Below are positions 40,980 through 50,895 of a stretch of 64,000 nucleotides of DNA, piece after piece. The notes below the pieces were generated by a model. That model worked only from the letters and a program-made list of their open reading frames with translations, made no database searches and was not told the origin of the DNA. Within the stretch, counting starts at the first letter, position 1. Each line of letters opens with the position of its first letter. The translations under genes and the position numbers were made by a program. Source of the DNA: Candidatus Avimuribaculum pullicola (lineage in GTDB: Bacteria; Bacteroidota; Bacteroidia; Bacteroidales; Muribaculaceae); assembly GCA_018716295.1 (NCBI GenBank), contig DVKC01000025.1, forward strand, positions 10,576 to 74,575, read 5' to 3'.

Positions 40980-42803
40980 ATGAGTTTTCCATTGAAAAGT
41001 GCCATATCGACACAAGGTCGCCGCATGGCAGGGGCGCGGGCATTGTGGCTCGCCAACGGCATGAAACCTGGGCAGATGGGCAAGCCTATCATTGCCATTG
41101 TCAACTCGTTTACTCAATTTGTGCCAGGGCATACGCATCTGCATGAGGTGGGGCAGATAGTGAAGCGCGAAATCGAGCAATTGGGCTGTTTCGCTGCCGA
41201 GTTCAACACTATTGCCATTGACGACGGCATCGCCATGGGCCACCAAGGGATGCTTTATTCGTTGCCTTCGCGCGACTTGATTGCCGACAGTGTGGAATAC
41301 ATGGTTAACGCCCATTGTGCCGATGCGATGGTGTGCATAAGCAACTGCGACAAGATTACTCCAGGTATGCTCATGGCCGCAATGCGGTTGAATATACCTG
41401 CGATATTTGTTTCGGGAGGCCCTATGGAGGCTGGGCATACGGGTGAACGTGCACTCGACCTTATCGATGTGATGGTCGATGCCGCCGATGACAGCATTGA
41501 TGACAAGACTATTGCCGATGTGGAATGTTGCGCTTGTCCGACGTGTGGTTCTTGCTCGGGAATGTTCACTGCCAATTCCATGAATTGCCTTGTCGAGGCC
41601 ATTGGATTGGGTCTGCCAGGCAACGGGACTATTGTTGCAACGCATTCCAACCGTCTTGCTCTCTTCAAACGGGCTGCCGCAATAATAGTGGAAAATTGCA
41701 AAAAATATTACGAAGATGGCGACACGAGCGTATTGCCGCGCAGCATTGCCAGTCGCCAAGCTATGCTCAATGCCATGACGCTTGACATTGCAATGGGTGG
41801 AAGCACCAACACTGTGTTGCACTTGCTTGCAGTGGCCAATGAGGCCGAAGCCGATTTCACCATGGCCGACATTGATGCGCTATCGAGGCATACTCCTGTT
41901 TTGTGCAAGGTCGCTCCAAATTCAAAATACCATATTGAAGATGTCAATCGTGCTGGAGGTATAATGTCGATAATGGGTATTCTTGCCCGTAATGGACTTA
42001 TCGACACTTCATTGCGCCGTGTAGATGGCTTGACGTTGGGCGAAGCTATCGACCGATATGCTATCGAGGGCGCGAAGTTCGACATGACTGCCGCTTGGCT
42101 GTGGCGCAGTGCTCCAGCTGGTGTAAGGTCGGTCACTCTCGGCGGACAGGAAAATTATTACAAAGAGCTTGATACTGACCGTGCTACTGGATGCATACGC
42201 GATTTTGACCATGCCTATGTGAAAGACGGCGGGCTTGCTGTGTTGCGGGGTAACATTGCCAAAGATGGTTGCGTGGTGAAGACGGCTGGTGTCGATGAAA
42301 GTATATTCCATTTCCGTGGTCGCGCCAAAGTGTTTGAGTCGCAGGAAGATGCTGTTGATGGCATTCTCGGTGGCAAAGTCGTGGCGGGCGACGTGGTGGT
42401 AATCATCTACGAGGGTCCAAAGGGTGGCCCTGGAATGCAGGAGATGCTTTACCCGACATCATATATAAAGTCGCGGCACTTGGGCAAGGAGTGTGCGCTC
42501 ATCACCGATGGCCGCTTCTCGGGAGGTACGTCGGGACTGTCGATTGGGCATATTTCGCCAGAAGCGGCCAGAGGCGGCAATGTAGGGTTGCTACGTGATG
42601 GCGACATTATCGATATTGACATACCGCAACGCAGCATAAATGTGATACTGAGCGACGAGGAACTCGCCGCGCGTCGTGCCGAGGAGGAAGCTAAAGGGAA
42701 AGATGCTTTCAAACCGACAAAGCGCAACCGTGTGGTATCTAAAGCCTTGCAAGCCTATGCATCGATGGTCACTTCGGCCGACCGTGGCGGTGTGCGCGAA
42801 TAG
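40980..42803 (+). CDS. ilvD: Dihydroxy-acid dehydratase
   Basis: Full-length IlvD with the [10 protein letters not shown] Fe-S region. Confidence 0.95.
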   Translation: MSFPLKSAISTQGRRMAGARALWLANGMKPGQMGKPIIAIVNSFTQFVPGHTHLHEVGQIVKREIEQLGCFAAEFNTIAIDDGIAMGHQGMLYSLPSRDLIADSVEYMVNAHCADAMVCISNCDKITPGMLMAAMRLNIPAIFVSGGPMEAGHTGERALDLIDVMVDAADDSIDDKTIADVECCACPTCGSCSGMFTANSMNCLVEAIGLGLPGNGTIVATHSNRLALFKRAAAIIVENCKKYYEDGDTSVLPRSIASRQAMLNAMTLDIAMGGSTNTVLHLLAVANEAEADFTMADIDALSRHTPVLCKVAPNSKYHIEDVNRAGGIMSIMGILARNGLIDTSLRRVDGLTLGEAIDRYAIEGAKFDMTAAWLWRSAPAGVRSVTLGGQENYYKELDTDRATGCIRDFDHAYVKDGGLAVLRGNIAKDGCVVKTAGVDESIFHFRGRAKVFESQEDAVDGILGGKVVAGDVVVIIYEGPKGGPGMQEMLYPTSYIKSRHLGKECALITDGRFSGGTSGLSIGHISPEAARGGNVGLLRDGDIIDIDIPQRSINVILSDEELAARRAEEEAKGKDAFKPTKRNRVVSKALQAYASMVTSADRGGVRE

Positions 42804-42838
42804 TTGAGAAAAAGAAAATAAACGATAGATATATAGAT

Positions 42839-44551
42839 ATGAACGAGATTATTTCAGGTGCCGAGGCGTTGGTGCGCTCGTTGATAGCCGAAGGGGTTGA
42901 CACCATTTTTGGCTATCCCGGTGGTGCCATTATACCAGTGTTCGACTGCTTGTATGACTATAAGGAGCAGTTGCATCACATATTGGTTCGCCATGAGCAG
43001 GGTGCCGTGCATGCCGCACAAGGCTATGCCCGCATTTCAGGACGCACGGGTGTGGTAATCGTCACATCGGGGCCTGCTGCTACCAATGTCATTACGGGGT
43101 TGGGCGATGCCATGATGGATAGTACCCCGTTGGTGGTAATTACAGGGCAAGTAGGCAGCGAATTGCTTGGCTCGGATGCTTTTCAGGAAACCGACGTGAT
43201 AGGTATCACGCAACCAATAACGAAGTGGAGCTACCAGATACGCAACGTCGAGGACTTGCGGTGGGCTGTGGCACGGGCTTTTTATATAGCTTCGACTGGC
43301 CGTCCCGGTCCAGTAGTGCTTGACTTTGCCAAGAATGCGCAGTGCGACACCATGGAATGGCGCGGATACAAGAAATGCCACTTTGTGCGTACTTATGATC
43401 CATCGCCCATTATTTGCGAGCAAGATGTTGATGCCGTGGCACGCATGATTGACGAAGCTAAACGTCCGCTGATAATTTCGGGGCATGGTGTGGAGATTGC
43501 GCATGGCGAGGCTGAGCTGGAGCGGCTTGCCGAGAAGGCTCAAATACCTGTGACGACTACGTTGCTGGGATTGTCAACAATAGCTACCGATTCACCATTG
43601 TTCAAGGGATTTGTGGGAATGCATGGCAATGTTGCTGCCAATGTCGCAATAAGCAGTTGCGACTTGCTTGTGGCTGTCGGTATGCGTTTTGACGACCGTG
43701 TGACGGGTGATCCAAAGTGTTTTGCACCTCAAGCAAAGATTGTGCATATTGATATCGATTCATCGGAATTTGGCAAAATAATCAAGCCGACTGCCACTAT
43801 ACATGGCGATGCCCGTGCAGTGCTGGCAATGCTTGCCGACAAGGTTGCTGTGTCGCGCCATGATGAATGGTTGGCCAGCTTTGACAAGGCTTGGGAGGTG
43901 GAACTGGATAAAGTGATTAACCCCGAGTTGAACGACACTACCCGCATCACCATGGGACGAGTGGCTCGCAAAGTGGCCGAGGCCGCAGGGCAAGGTGCGG
44001 TGTTGGTGACCGATGTCGGACAGAACCAGATGCTGTCGGCGCGTTATTTCAAGTACACGGCTCCGCGCAGCATAATCACTTCAGGCGGATTGGGCACGAT
44101 GGGCTTTGGTCTGCCAGCTGCCATTGGTGCCAAGATTGGCGACCCGAGCCGCACGGTGTGCTTCTTCACTGGTGATGGAGGGTTGCAGATGACTGTCGAA
44201 GAATTGGGTGTGATTTTGCAGTATGGCGTAGGCGTGAAAATCATCTTGCTTAACAATAATTTCCTTGGAATGGTGCGCCAGTGGCAAGCTTTGTTCTACA
44301 ACCGTCGTTTTTCAGAAACGCAACTTGTGAACCCCAATTTTGTGATGCTTGCCAATTCTTATGGCATTCCAGGCGAAGATGTTGAAACACTCGACCAGCT
44401 TGATGCCGCCGTGGAGCGTATGTTGGCGCATGATGGGGCTTATCTGCTTAATGTCAATATCGATCCCGAGGAGCTTGTTTACCCAATGACTCCGGCTGGT
44501 GCTCCTATTACTACCATTTTGCTCAACAAGAATGAGAAATATGAATGTTAA
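42839..44551 (+). CDS. ilvB: Acetolactate synthase large subunit
   Basis: ThDP enzyme with the GDGGLQM motif, 570 aa. Confidence 0.93.
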   Translation: MNEIISGAEALVRSLIAEGVDTIFGYPGGAIIPVFDCLYDYKEQLHHILVRHEQGAVHAAQGYARISGRTGVVIVTSGPAATNVITGLGDAMMDSTPLVVITGQVGSELLGSDAFQETDVIGITQPITKWSYQIRNVEDLRWAVARAFYIASTGRPGPVVLDFAKNAQCDTMEWRGYKKCHFVRTYDPSPIICEQDVDAVARMIDEAKRPLIISGHGVEIAHGEAELERLAEKAQIPVTTTLLGLSTIATDSPLFKGFVGMHGNVAANVAISSCDLLVAVGMRFDDRVTGDPKCFAPQAKIVHIDIDSSEFGKIIKPTATIHGDARAVLAMLADKVAVSRHDEWLASFDKAWEVELDKVINPELNDTTRITMGRVARKVAEAAGQGAVLVTDVGQNQMLSARYFKYTAPRSIITSGGLGTMGFGLPAAIGAKIGDPSRTVCFFTGDGGLQMTVEELGVILQYGVGVKIILLNNNFLGMVRQWQALFYNRRFSETQLVNPNFVMLANSYGIPGEDVETLDQLDAAVERMLAHDGAYLLNVNIDPEELVYPMTPAGAPITTILLNKNEKYEC

Positions 44552-44561
44552 TGCCCCTGAT

Positions 44562-45137
44562 ATGGAAGAAAAAAACAATAAAGAGCTGTTCACGGTGACG
44601 GTTTTCTCGGAAAACCGTGTGGGCTTGCTCAACCAGATATCAATCATTTTCACACGCCGCAAGCTGAACATCGAGTCGCTGTCGGTGTCGCCATCGTCGA
44701 TACAAGGGGTGCATAAGTTCACCATTACAACATGGGCCGACGAGCCGACCATAGCAAAACTCGTGATGCAAATCGAGAAGCGCATCGATGTGCTTAAATC
44801 GTTTTATTACCGCGACGACGAGATTGTGTACCAGGAAATCGCCCTGTACAAAGTGCCGACTGTGGAGCTGCTCGAAGAGAAAAACCTCGAAGATATTATT
44901 CGCAGGCACAATGCCCGAATACTCGAAATCACCCGTGAATACACTGTGATTGAAAAGACTGGACATGACGATGAAACCACGGCACTGTTTGAGGAACTCA
45001 AGCGGTATGACATCAGGCAATTCGTGCGCAGCGGGCGCGTGGCAATCACCAAGTCGCCAAATGAGTATGTGACGATGTATATCGAGGAACGGGCACGCCG
45101 CAAGGAGGAGGTGGAACGATGCTTGAAAGACGGATAA
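44562..45137 (+). CDS. ilvN: Acetolactate synthase small (regulatory) subunit
   Basis: ACT-domain N-terminus (FTVTVFSENRVGLLNQISIIFTRRKLNIESL). The start is ATG 44562 or 44541, and the track start 44499 is too far upstream. Confidence 0.85.
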   Translation: MEEKNNKELFTVTVFSENRVGLLNQISIIFTRRKLNIESLSVSPSSIQGVHKFTITTWADEPTIAKLVMQIEKRIDVLKSFYYRDDEIVYQEIALYKVPTVELLEEKNLEDIIRRHNARILEITREYTVIEKTGHDDETTALFEELKRYDIRQFVRSGRVAITKSPNEYVTMYIEERARRKEEVERCLKDG

Positions 45138-45880
45138 CCGAGGAGAATGGTGTTTATACGCATGAGTTTTTCTTGGCTGCCGGGGAGTGTAACGCCGAGA
45201 GTTTGATGCCGTTGCCGCTGCTTGTGAACCGCCTCATAAGGGTCGCCACCGAACATGCCAACGCTATGAACGTGGGGTATGCACGTTTTGCCCCCGAGGG
45301 ACGTGGCTGGGTACTTGCAAAGCTCGCAATCGAGATGAAGCGTTATCCACAGGTAAATGACAATTACACTGTGCAGTCGTGGATTGAACAGGCAAGCAGG
45401 TTGCTGTCGTATCGTAATTTTGCGATATATCGCAACGGCGAGGTAGTAGGTTATGTACGTTCGGAATGGGCGATGATTGACATGAATACTCGCAAAATGT
45501 GTGAATTGTCGTCGGTGGCCGAGCTTGAAGCCAGTGCGCGTCCCGATGTGCCTTGTCCTATAGCACCGCCTATGCGGTTGAAGCCTGTGAAACAGGGCAG
45601 GAGCAAGGTTTATACATTCGGTTACTGCGATGTGGATTTCAACCGCCATGTTAATACTGTGCGGTATATCGAACGGCTGATGGATCAGTGGCCTATAGAG
45701 CATTATGATCGTTACATGGTGTCGCGCTTCGACATTGTGTTCATCAAGGAATGCGTGTATGGGGCAACGGTGAACGTGATGGTAGATGACACCGATGTGC
45801 ATGGCTGTCAAGCCGAAATTACCGAAGGCAATATCACGCATTGCCGTGCACGGTTCGGATTTAGTGAATTAAAACAGTAA
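45119..45880 (+). CDS. Acyl-ACP thioesterase
   Basis: Double hot-dog acyl-ACP thioesterase pattern (YTHEFFL..., DVDFNRHVNTVRYIE). Embedded between ilvN and ilvC. Confidence 0.75.
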   Translation: MLERRITEENGVYTHEFFLAAGECNAESLMPLPLLVNRLIRVATEHANAMNVGYARFAPEGRGWVLAKLAIEMKRYPQVNDNYTVQSWIEQASRLLSYRNFAIYRNGEVVGYVRSEWAMIDMNTRKMCELSSVAELEASARPDVPCPIAPPMRLKPVKQGRSKVYTFGYCDVDFNRHVNTVRYIERLMDQWPIEHYDRYMVSRFDIVFIKECVYGATVNVMVDDTDVHGCQAEITEGNITHCRARFGFSELKQ

Positions 45881-45901
45881 TATTATCATAATTAACAACT
45901 T

Positions 45902-46948
45902 ATGGCAATTTTGAATTTTGGCGGTGTTGACGAGAAAGTAGTCACCCGTGATGAATTTACATTAGAAAAGGCAAGAGAAGTATTGAAAGATGAAACTATA
46001 GCTGTCATCGGCTATGGTGTGCAAGGCCCTGGCCAGTCGCTTAATTTGCGCGACAACGGTTTCAAGGTAATTGTCGGTCAACGCAAGGAAAGCAAGACGT
46101 GGGACAAGGCAGTTGCCGATGGTTGGGTTCCTGGCGAAACTCTTTTTGAAATCGAGGAAGCTGCCAAGCGTGCCACGATTATCGAGTATCTGCTCAGCGA
46201 CGCAGCACAGATAGCTTTGTGGCCTACAATTAAGAAGCACCTGACTGCTGGCAAGGCTTTGTATTTCTCTCACGGTTTCGGTATAACCTACAGTGAACGC
46301 ACAGGTATCGTTCCACCAAAGGATGTTGACGTGATAATGGTTGCACCCAAGGGTTCGGGTACATCGTTGCGCACTATGTTCCTGCAAGGTCGTGGTATTA
46401 ACTCAAGCTATGCGGTTTATCAAGATGCTACTGGCCGTGCTCTTGATCGTTGCCTGGCTTTGGGTATAGGTGTAGGTTCGGGCTATTTGTTTGAAACTAC
46501 TTTCAAGCGCGAGGTATATAGCGACCTCACTGGCGAGCGTGGCTCGTTGATGGGTGCTATACAAGGATTGTTGCTTGCACAGTATGAAGTGTTGCGTGAA
46601 AATGGGCACACTCCATCGGAGGCTTTCAATGAAACAGTCGAAGAACTCACACAGTCGCTTATGCCACTCTTTGCTGCAAAGGGCATGGACTGGATGTATG
46701 CCAACTGTTCGACCACTGCACAACGTGGCGCACTCGACTGGATGGGCCCGTTCCACGATGCAATCAAGCCCGTTATGGAAAAGCTTTATGAAAGTGTGAA
46801 GACAGGCAATGAGGCTCAAATATCGATTGACACCAATAGCCAACCCGACTATCGCGAGAAACTTAATGCCGAGTTAAAAGCCCTGCATGACAGTGAAATG
46901 TGGCGTACTGGTGAAACTGTGCGTCAGCTCCGCCCCGAGAATAATTAG
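45902..46948 (+). CDS. ilvC: Ketol-acid reductoisomerase (class I)
   Basis: IGYGVQGPGQSLNLRDNG Rossmann motif, 348 aa. Confidence 0.95.
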   Translation: MAILNFGGVDEKVVTRDEFTLEKAREVLKDETIAVIGYGVQGPGQSLNLRDNGFKVIVGQRKESKTWDKAVADGWVPGETLFEIEEAAKRATIIEYLLSDAAQIALWPTIKKHLTAGKALYFSHGFGITYSERTGIVPPKDVDVIMVAPKGSGTSLRTMFLQGRGINSSYAVYQDATGRALDRCLALGIGVGSGYLFETTFKREVYSDLTGERGSLMGAIQGLLLAQYEVLRENGHTPSEAFNETVEELTQSLMPLFAAKGMDWMYANCSTTAQRGALDWMGPFHDAIKPVMEKLYESVKTGNEAQISIDTNSQPDYREKLNAELKALHDSEMWRTGETVRQLRPENN

Positions 46949-47046
46949 GGACATTCAGTAAATGGTATAAAATTAGCCAACTAATTTACACACAAAATGT
47001 TGCGAATTAGTTGGCTAATTTTATACCATTTACTGAATGTCCCTAA
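46945..47046. repeat. Perfect 42-bp inverted repeat (18-nt spacer)
   Basis: The arm 46945-46986 (ttagggacattcagtaaatggtataaaattagccaactaatt) is the exact reverse complement of 47005-47046. It starts within the ilvC stop codon and sits between convergent genes. Confidence 0.9.
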
Positions 47047-47100
47047 TGAATTGAGCTACGCCACGGCTACATAATAGAATAATCATTAGATGTTGTTCTA

Positions 47101-49134
47101 TCAGTTGATTACGATTTCATCGGTGAATAGCCATGAGCCGGCTTTGGGGTATTTGGTGGCACGTAGCCGCACGTATCGGGCGACGGTGTGACACAGGGTT
47201 GAATACACTTTATAGCGTATTTCGGCCGAGGTGTCGGGTACGTCGCACCAAGCTGTTCCTGCTGGTGTGAAGTTTTCACCGTCGTCGGAGATATAAAAGT
47301 CAACGCGGCGAGGCATATATACCCATGCACCTACCGATTGCAGGAATGTCGCACCAATGTAGTTTATGGGGCGTTGGCTGCCAAGGTCGATGGTCACGTC
47401 CATGTCGCGCATCGTGCCTTGCCAGCGGTTGTCGCCGTAAGTCCAGCCGCCACGAATGCCGTCGGTAAGTGCACTATCGCCCGCAGCGGGATATTGGCGG
47501 CTGTATGGCAGGTTGTAAATGACGTGGCAGCCGCGCCCGGCATGGTCGAGCGGTTGCTGGCTTTCCTTGCGGTCGCCATATTCGTTGGCGAGGTCGAATG
47601 TGTTGTAGCCCATTGTGCGCAGTTGGTCGAGCAGCACGAGCGAGCGTCGGCGGAAGTCGGTGTAATTTTTCTTCTCGGGCTGTGTCCAGCCTGTTTCGGC
47701 AATAGCGAAAGCCCTAGGATAATACATGTATTCGGCATGGCTGTCGTCGGTGATATATTCGGCCCATAAATTTCCTTGCACCCCCAACATGTATTGGGCA
47801 GTTTCTGCTGGTATGCTGTCGGGCAATGGTTCAAATGAATAGGTCTTTTCGAGTGGGGTATATCCGCCTATCGATACTGGCTCTTTGAATGGGGCATCTT
47901 GTGTGTAATCGAGGTAGTAGCAAGCATTGGGGTTCATGATGGCATAGTTGCCTTGCCGCATGGCATCAAGTCCAGGCTCAATGCCGCGCCACGACATTAC
48001 CACAGCACCAGGGGCAAGGCCGCCTTGCATGATTTCGTCAAATCCTATGATTGTGCGTCCTTTTGATTCTACAAATTGCTCGATGCGGTGTATAAGGTAG
48101 CTTTGTAATTCGTCAACGTTTACCAGCCCTTCATCGGCCATTCGTTTTTGGCACAGCTGACATGTTTTCCAGCTATCTTTGGTGGCTTCGTCGCCGCCAA
48201 TGTGGATATATTGTGAAGGGAATAGTTCGATGACCTCGGTAAGGACATTCTCAAGAAAAGTGAAAGTCGCCTCGTTGCCGATGCACAAGTCGCCGCTTCC
48301 GTATGGTTTCCCGTTACACGAAAGTTGCGGGTATGCAGCAAGCACTTCTTCGCTATGTCCAGGCATCTCAATTTCTGGGACAACATTTATATGCCGTGCC
48401 GTAGCGTATGCTATTATTTCGCGTATATCTTCTTTGCTATAGAATCCACCGTATGCACGAGGATCATTTTGTTCGCAATATGTGCGGTCGCTGTCCCACC
48501 AGTCGGTCCACTTCTGCCATGGTCGCCATGCGGCAAATTCAGTCAGTCGCGGGTAGCTATCTATTTGCAATCTCCAACCAGCGGCATCGGTCAGATGCAG
48601 GTGCATGGTGTTGAGCTTGAGCAGTGCCATGGCATCGATTTGTTTCATTAGAAACTCTTTGGAGCGGAAGTGGCGCGATACATCGAAATGCAGTCCACGA
48701 TAGGCAAATCGTGGGCAGTCGGTTATGGTGCAGCACTTGATTTGATTTGTTGCACCGCCGCGTGTCATTTGCAGCAGCGATTGAATGGCATAGAACGCCC
48801 CTGTTTCACTGTTTGCGGTGATGTATATGCCGCTTGGCGTTATGCTAAGTGTGTAACTTTCGTCATCATCGGCATTGCCATTGATTGAGATGTTAATGTC
48901 TGCTTCTGTGTCGGTTGCGGTAAGTGCTATCGGCAATGATGCAATGTAGCTGCCCAGCTGTCCATCATTGCTGCCTGCTATATGAAATGTGTTGTTGTTT
49001 TCGGATAGTGTGAAGTTTCCCGCACTAAATTCTATTAGCGCGGGCGTGGGTATAATATCCTCGGGCAGCCCAATGTTCTCCCCCCGTGTTATTATTGCGG
49101 TTGTGATAAAGAGTGCTATTATAAACTGTTTCAT
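47101..49134 (-). CDS. GH20 beta-N-acetylhexosaminidase
   Basis: HLHLTDA and IHIGGDE catalytic region, signal peptide, C-terminal discoidin-like domain. Confidence 0.9.
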   Translation of the reverse strand: MKQFIIALFITTAIITRGENIGLPEDIIPTPALIEFSAGNFTLSENNNTFHIAGSNDGQLGSYIASLPIALTATDTEADINISINGNADDDESYTLSITPSGIYITANSETGAFYAIQSLLQMTRGGATNQIKCCTITDCPRFAYRGLHFDVSRHFRSKEFLMKQIDAMALLKLNTMHLHLTDAAGWRLQIDSYPRLTEFAAWRPWQKWTDWWDSDRTYCEQNDPRAYGGFYSKEDIREIIAYATARHINVVPEIEMPGHSEEVLAAYPQLSCNGKPYGSGDLCIGNEATFTFLENVLTEVIELFPSQYIHIGGDEATKDSWKTCQLCQKRMADEGLVNVDELQSYLIHRIEQFVESKGRTIIGFDEIMQGGLAPGAVVMSWRGIEPGLDAMRQGNYAIMNPNACYYLDYTQDAPFKEPVSIGGYTPLEKTYSFEPLPDSIPAETAQYMLGVQGNLWAEYITDDSHAEYMYYPRAFAIAETGWTQPEKKNYTDFRRRSLVLLDQLRTMGYNTFDLANEYGDRKESQQPLDHAGRGCHVIYNLPYSRQYPAAGDSALTDGIRGGWTYGDNRWQGTMRDMDVTIDLGSQRPINYIGATFLQSVGAWVYMPRRVDFYISDDGENFTPAGTAWCDVPDTSAEIRYKVYSTLCHTVARYVRLRATKYPKAGSWLFTDEIVIN

Positions 49135-49184
49135 GATTTTGTGGTTTTTCTTGTCAATATTGCAAATCTATGATTACTATGATG

Positions 49185-50621
49185 TTATAGATGGAATAGG
49201 GCATCAAGAGTGATTTCTGCTTGGACTATGCCGCTGTGTGCATTCGGTTTTATGCCATGAGTTGTGATTAGCGTCAATATTAAGGCTTTTTTTGTGGCAG
49301 TTTCGTTGATGAAATCATTGATTTTGCTTTCCAATCGGGCTTCATAATCTTTGTTTATTTCAAATTCATTTTTTGCATATTTCATTTCGCAGATGTTGAT
49401 AGTATCATCTTTGCGGTCAATTATCAAGTCGATTTGCGACCCTTTCCCGCGCCAGGAGCAAGCATAGGCTTGGACTCCAGTAATTCCAAGAGCGTGTTTT
49501 ATTTGTGGCAAATGGTCGAGGCATAGCATCTCGAATGCCAGTCCGCTCCAAGTGCTGTGTGTGGGACTGTTGAGTGAATTTGTCCAAAAATGGTCGTCGT
49601 GGAATCGGTTGTTTTGAATAAAGTTAAAGTAAAATAGTGTGTAAAAGTCGGTCAATTGGAATATTGTTTCTCTTTTTTGCCTTTCTTTGCGGAGGTTGCT
49701 ATTGTGCTTGCTGAAAGGTTCGTAGGCGCGAATAAGACCGCATAGCATCAATTCTTCTATTTGGGTGCTGAATGCGCCATTGTCGGTAAGGCCAGTGGCG
49801 GCAATAAGTTCTTTTCGTGTCAGTCCAATGCCTTTTGATGCCAATGCTGTGACGATGGCGATGTGGGGTATGGCATTTTTGAAGAGAGCTTTGTATAGGT
49901 CGTTAAATTCATTTCTCAATGGTGCATTTTGTGCGAAAAATAGTGTGTCGATGTTTTGTGCCACGCTTTTTGAGCGATCCATTAGCGACAGGTAATAGGG
50001 TATTCCGCCCATTGCCATGTAACATTCGGCAATCTGTTTGCGTGAGTATTGGAATTTGTAGGTTCTGAAGTATTCTTCACATTCACCAAGTGTAAAAGGC
50101 TTTACTACTATATGGTGGGTCAACCTGTTGTGCAGTCCCCCCTTGCTGCTTATGAGATTGCTTATCATCCAAGATGTGGCTGAACCGCATACTATTAATT
50201 TGATGTCGTTGCGTATTGATGCCCAGCTATTCCAAAAATTTTCGAGGGCAGCTATAAATCCTGATTTTGCCGTGTCCATCCATGGCATTTCGTCGATGAA
50301 TATGATTTTGTTGCCATCGGGTAGCGTTTCGATATATTTGGATAGCTCGAAAAATGCCAGCAACCAATTTCGAGGTATAATTAATCGTTCTTGCCTTGTA
50401 TGCCGTTGCATGGCTATTGCAAAGTTGGTTAGCTGTTCTTGTTTTGGTGCATTATAAACTCCTGTAACAGAAAAAACGAAGTTGTCGTTAAACGCTTTGC
50501 GGATAAGAAATGTTTTGCCCACTCGGCGACGACCATAAACTGCAATAAATTCAGATTTGTCTGAATTTATATATTGAAGCAGTGCTTTTACTTCGGTTGC
50601 CCTTCCAATCAATTGCTGCAT
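49185..50621 (-). CDS. Walker-type ATPase (archaeal-ATPase/DUF234-like ATP-binding protein)
   Basis: Walker A VYGRRRVGKTFL and Walker B IIFIDEMPW, with a C-terminal region like DUF234 proteins. AT-rich. ATG 50621 is preferred because the track start is a TTG lying inside the -7 box. Confidence 0.75.
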   Translation of the reverse strand: MQQLIGRATEVKALLQYINSDKSEFIAVYGRRRVGKTFLIRKAFNDNFVFSVTGVYNAPKQEQLTNFAIAMQRHTRQERLIIPRNWLLAFFELSKYIETLPDGNKIIFIDEMPWMDTAKSGFIAALENFWNSWASIRNDIKLIVCGSATSWMISNLISSKGGLHNRLTHHIVVKPFTLGECEEYFRTYKFQYSRKQIAECYMAMGGIPYYLSLMDRSKSVAQNIDTLFFAQNAPLRNEFNDLYKALFKNAIPHIAIVTALASKGIGLTRKELIAATGLTDNGAFSTQIEELMLCGLIRAYEPFSKHNSNLRKERQKRETIFQLTDFYTLFYFNFIQNNRFHDDHFWTNSLNSPTHSTWSGLAFEMLCLDHLPQIKHALGITGVQAYACSWRGKGSQIDLIIDRKDDTINICEMKYAKNEFEINKDYEARLESKINDFINETATKKALILTLITTHGIKPNAHSGIVQAEITLDALFHL

Positions 50622-50639
50622 ACTAAATTGTTTTATATG

Positions 50640-50647
50640 CAAATATA
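50640..50647 (-). promoter_or_regulatory. Bacteroidetes -7 box (TATATTTG on minus strand)
   Basis: Perfect match 19 nt upstream of the ATG at 50621. Confidence 0.45.
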
Positions 50648-50681
50648 CTCAATTTGCAATAATTGCGCAATATATTTCACA

Positions 50682-50880
50682 ATAATCTGCGCTAATGTGT
50701 GTTTTGATGTGTGTTTGCGCAGGGTATTTTGAGATAATCTGCGCTAATGTGTGTTTTGATGTGTGTTTGCGCAGAGTATTTTAAGATAATCTGCGCTAAT
50801 GTGGTTTTGGTGTATGTTTGTGCATGGTATTATAAAATAATCTGCGCAAATAATGTTTGTGTTATATTTGCGCAGATTGT
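50682..50880. repeat. Four tandem ~52-bp repeats, each containing a CTGCGC...GCGCAG inverted repeat
   Basis: Units are 50682-50733, 50734-50785, 50786-50836 (diverged) and 50837-~50880 (variant with 14-bp arms aatctgcgcaaata / tatttgcgcagatt). A partial related motif lies at 50658-50680. Confidence 0.85.
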
Positions 50881-50895
50881 ATAAGCGGTTAATAA

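Noticed and set aside
40974-41822. 282-aa minus-strand ORF antisense to ilvD (similarly 44807..45841 antisense to ilvN/thioesterase)
   Set aside because: They overlap unmistakable ilv genes and carry no recognisable motifs.
50682-50880. Possible CRISPR array
   Set aside because: The ~52-bp units are contiguous with no unique spacers between them. There are only four units, no cas genes are nearby, and the units themselves diverge. This is a tandem repeat, not a CRISPR array.
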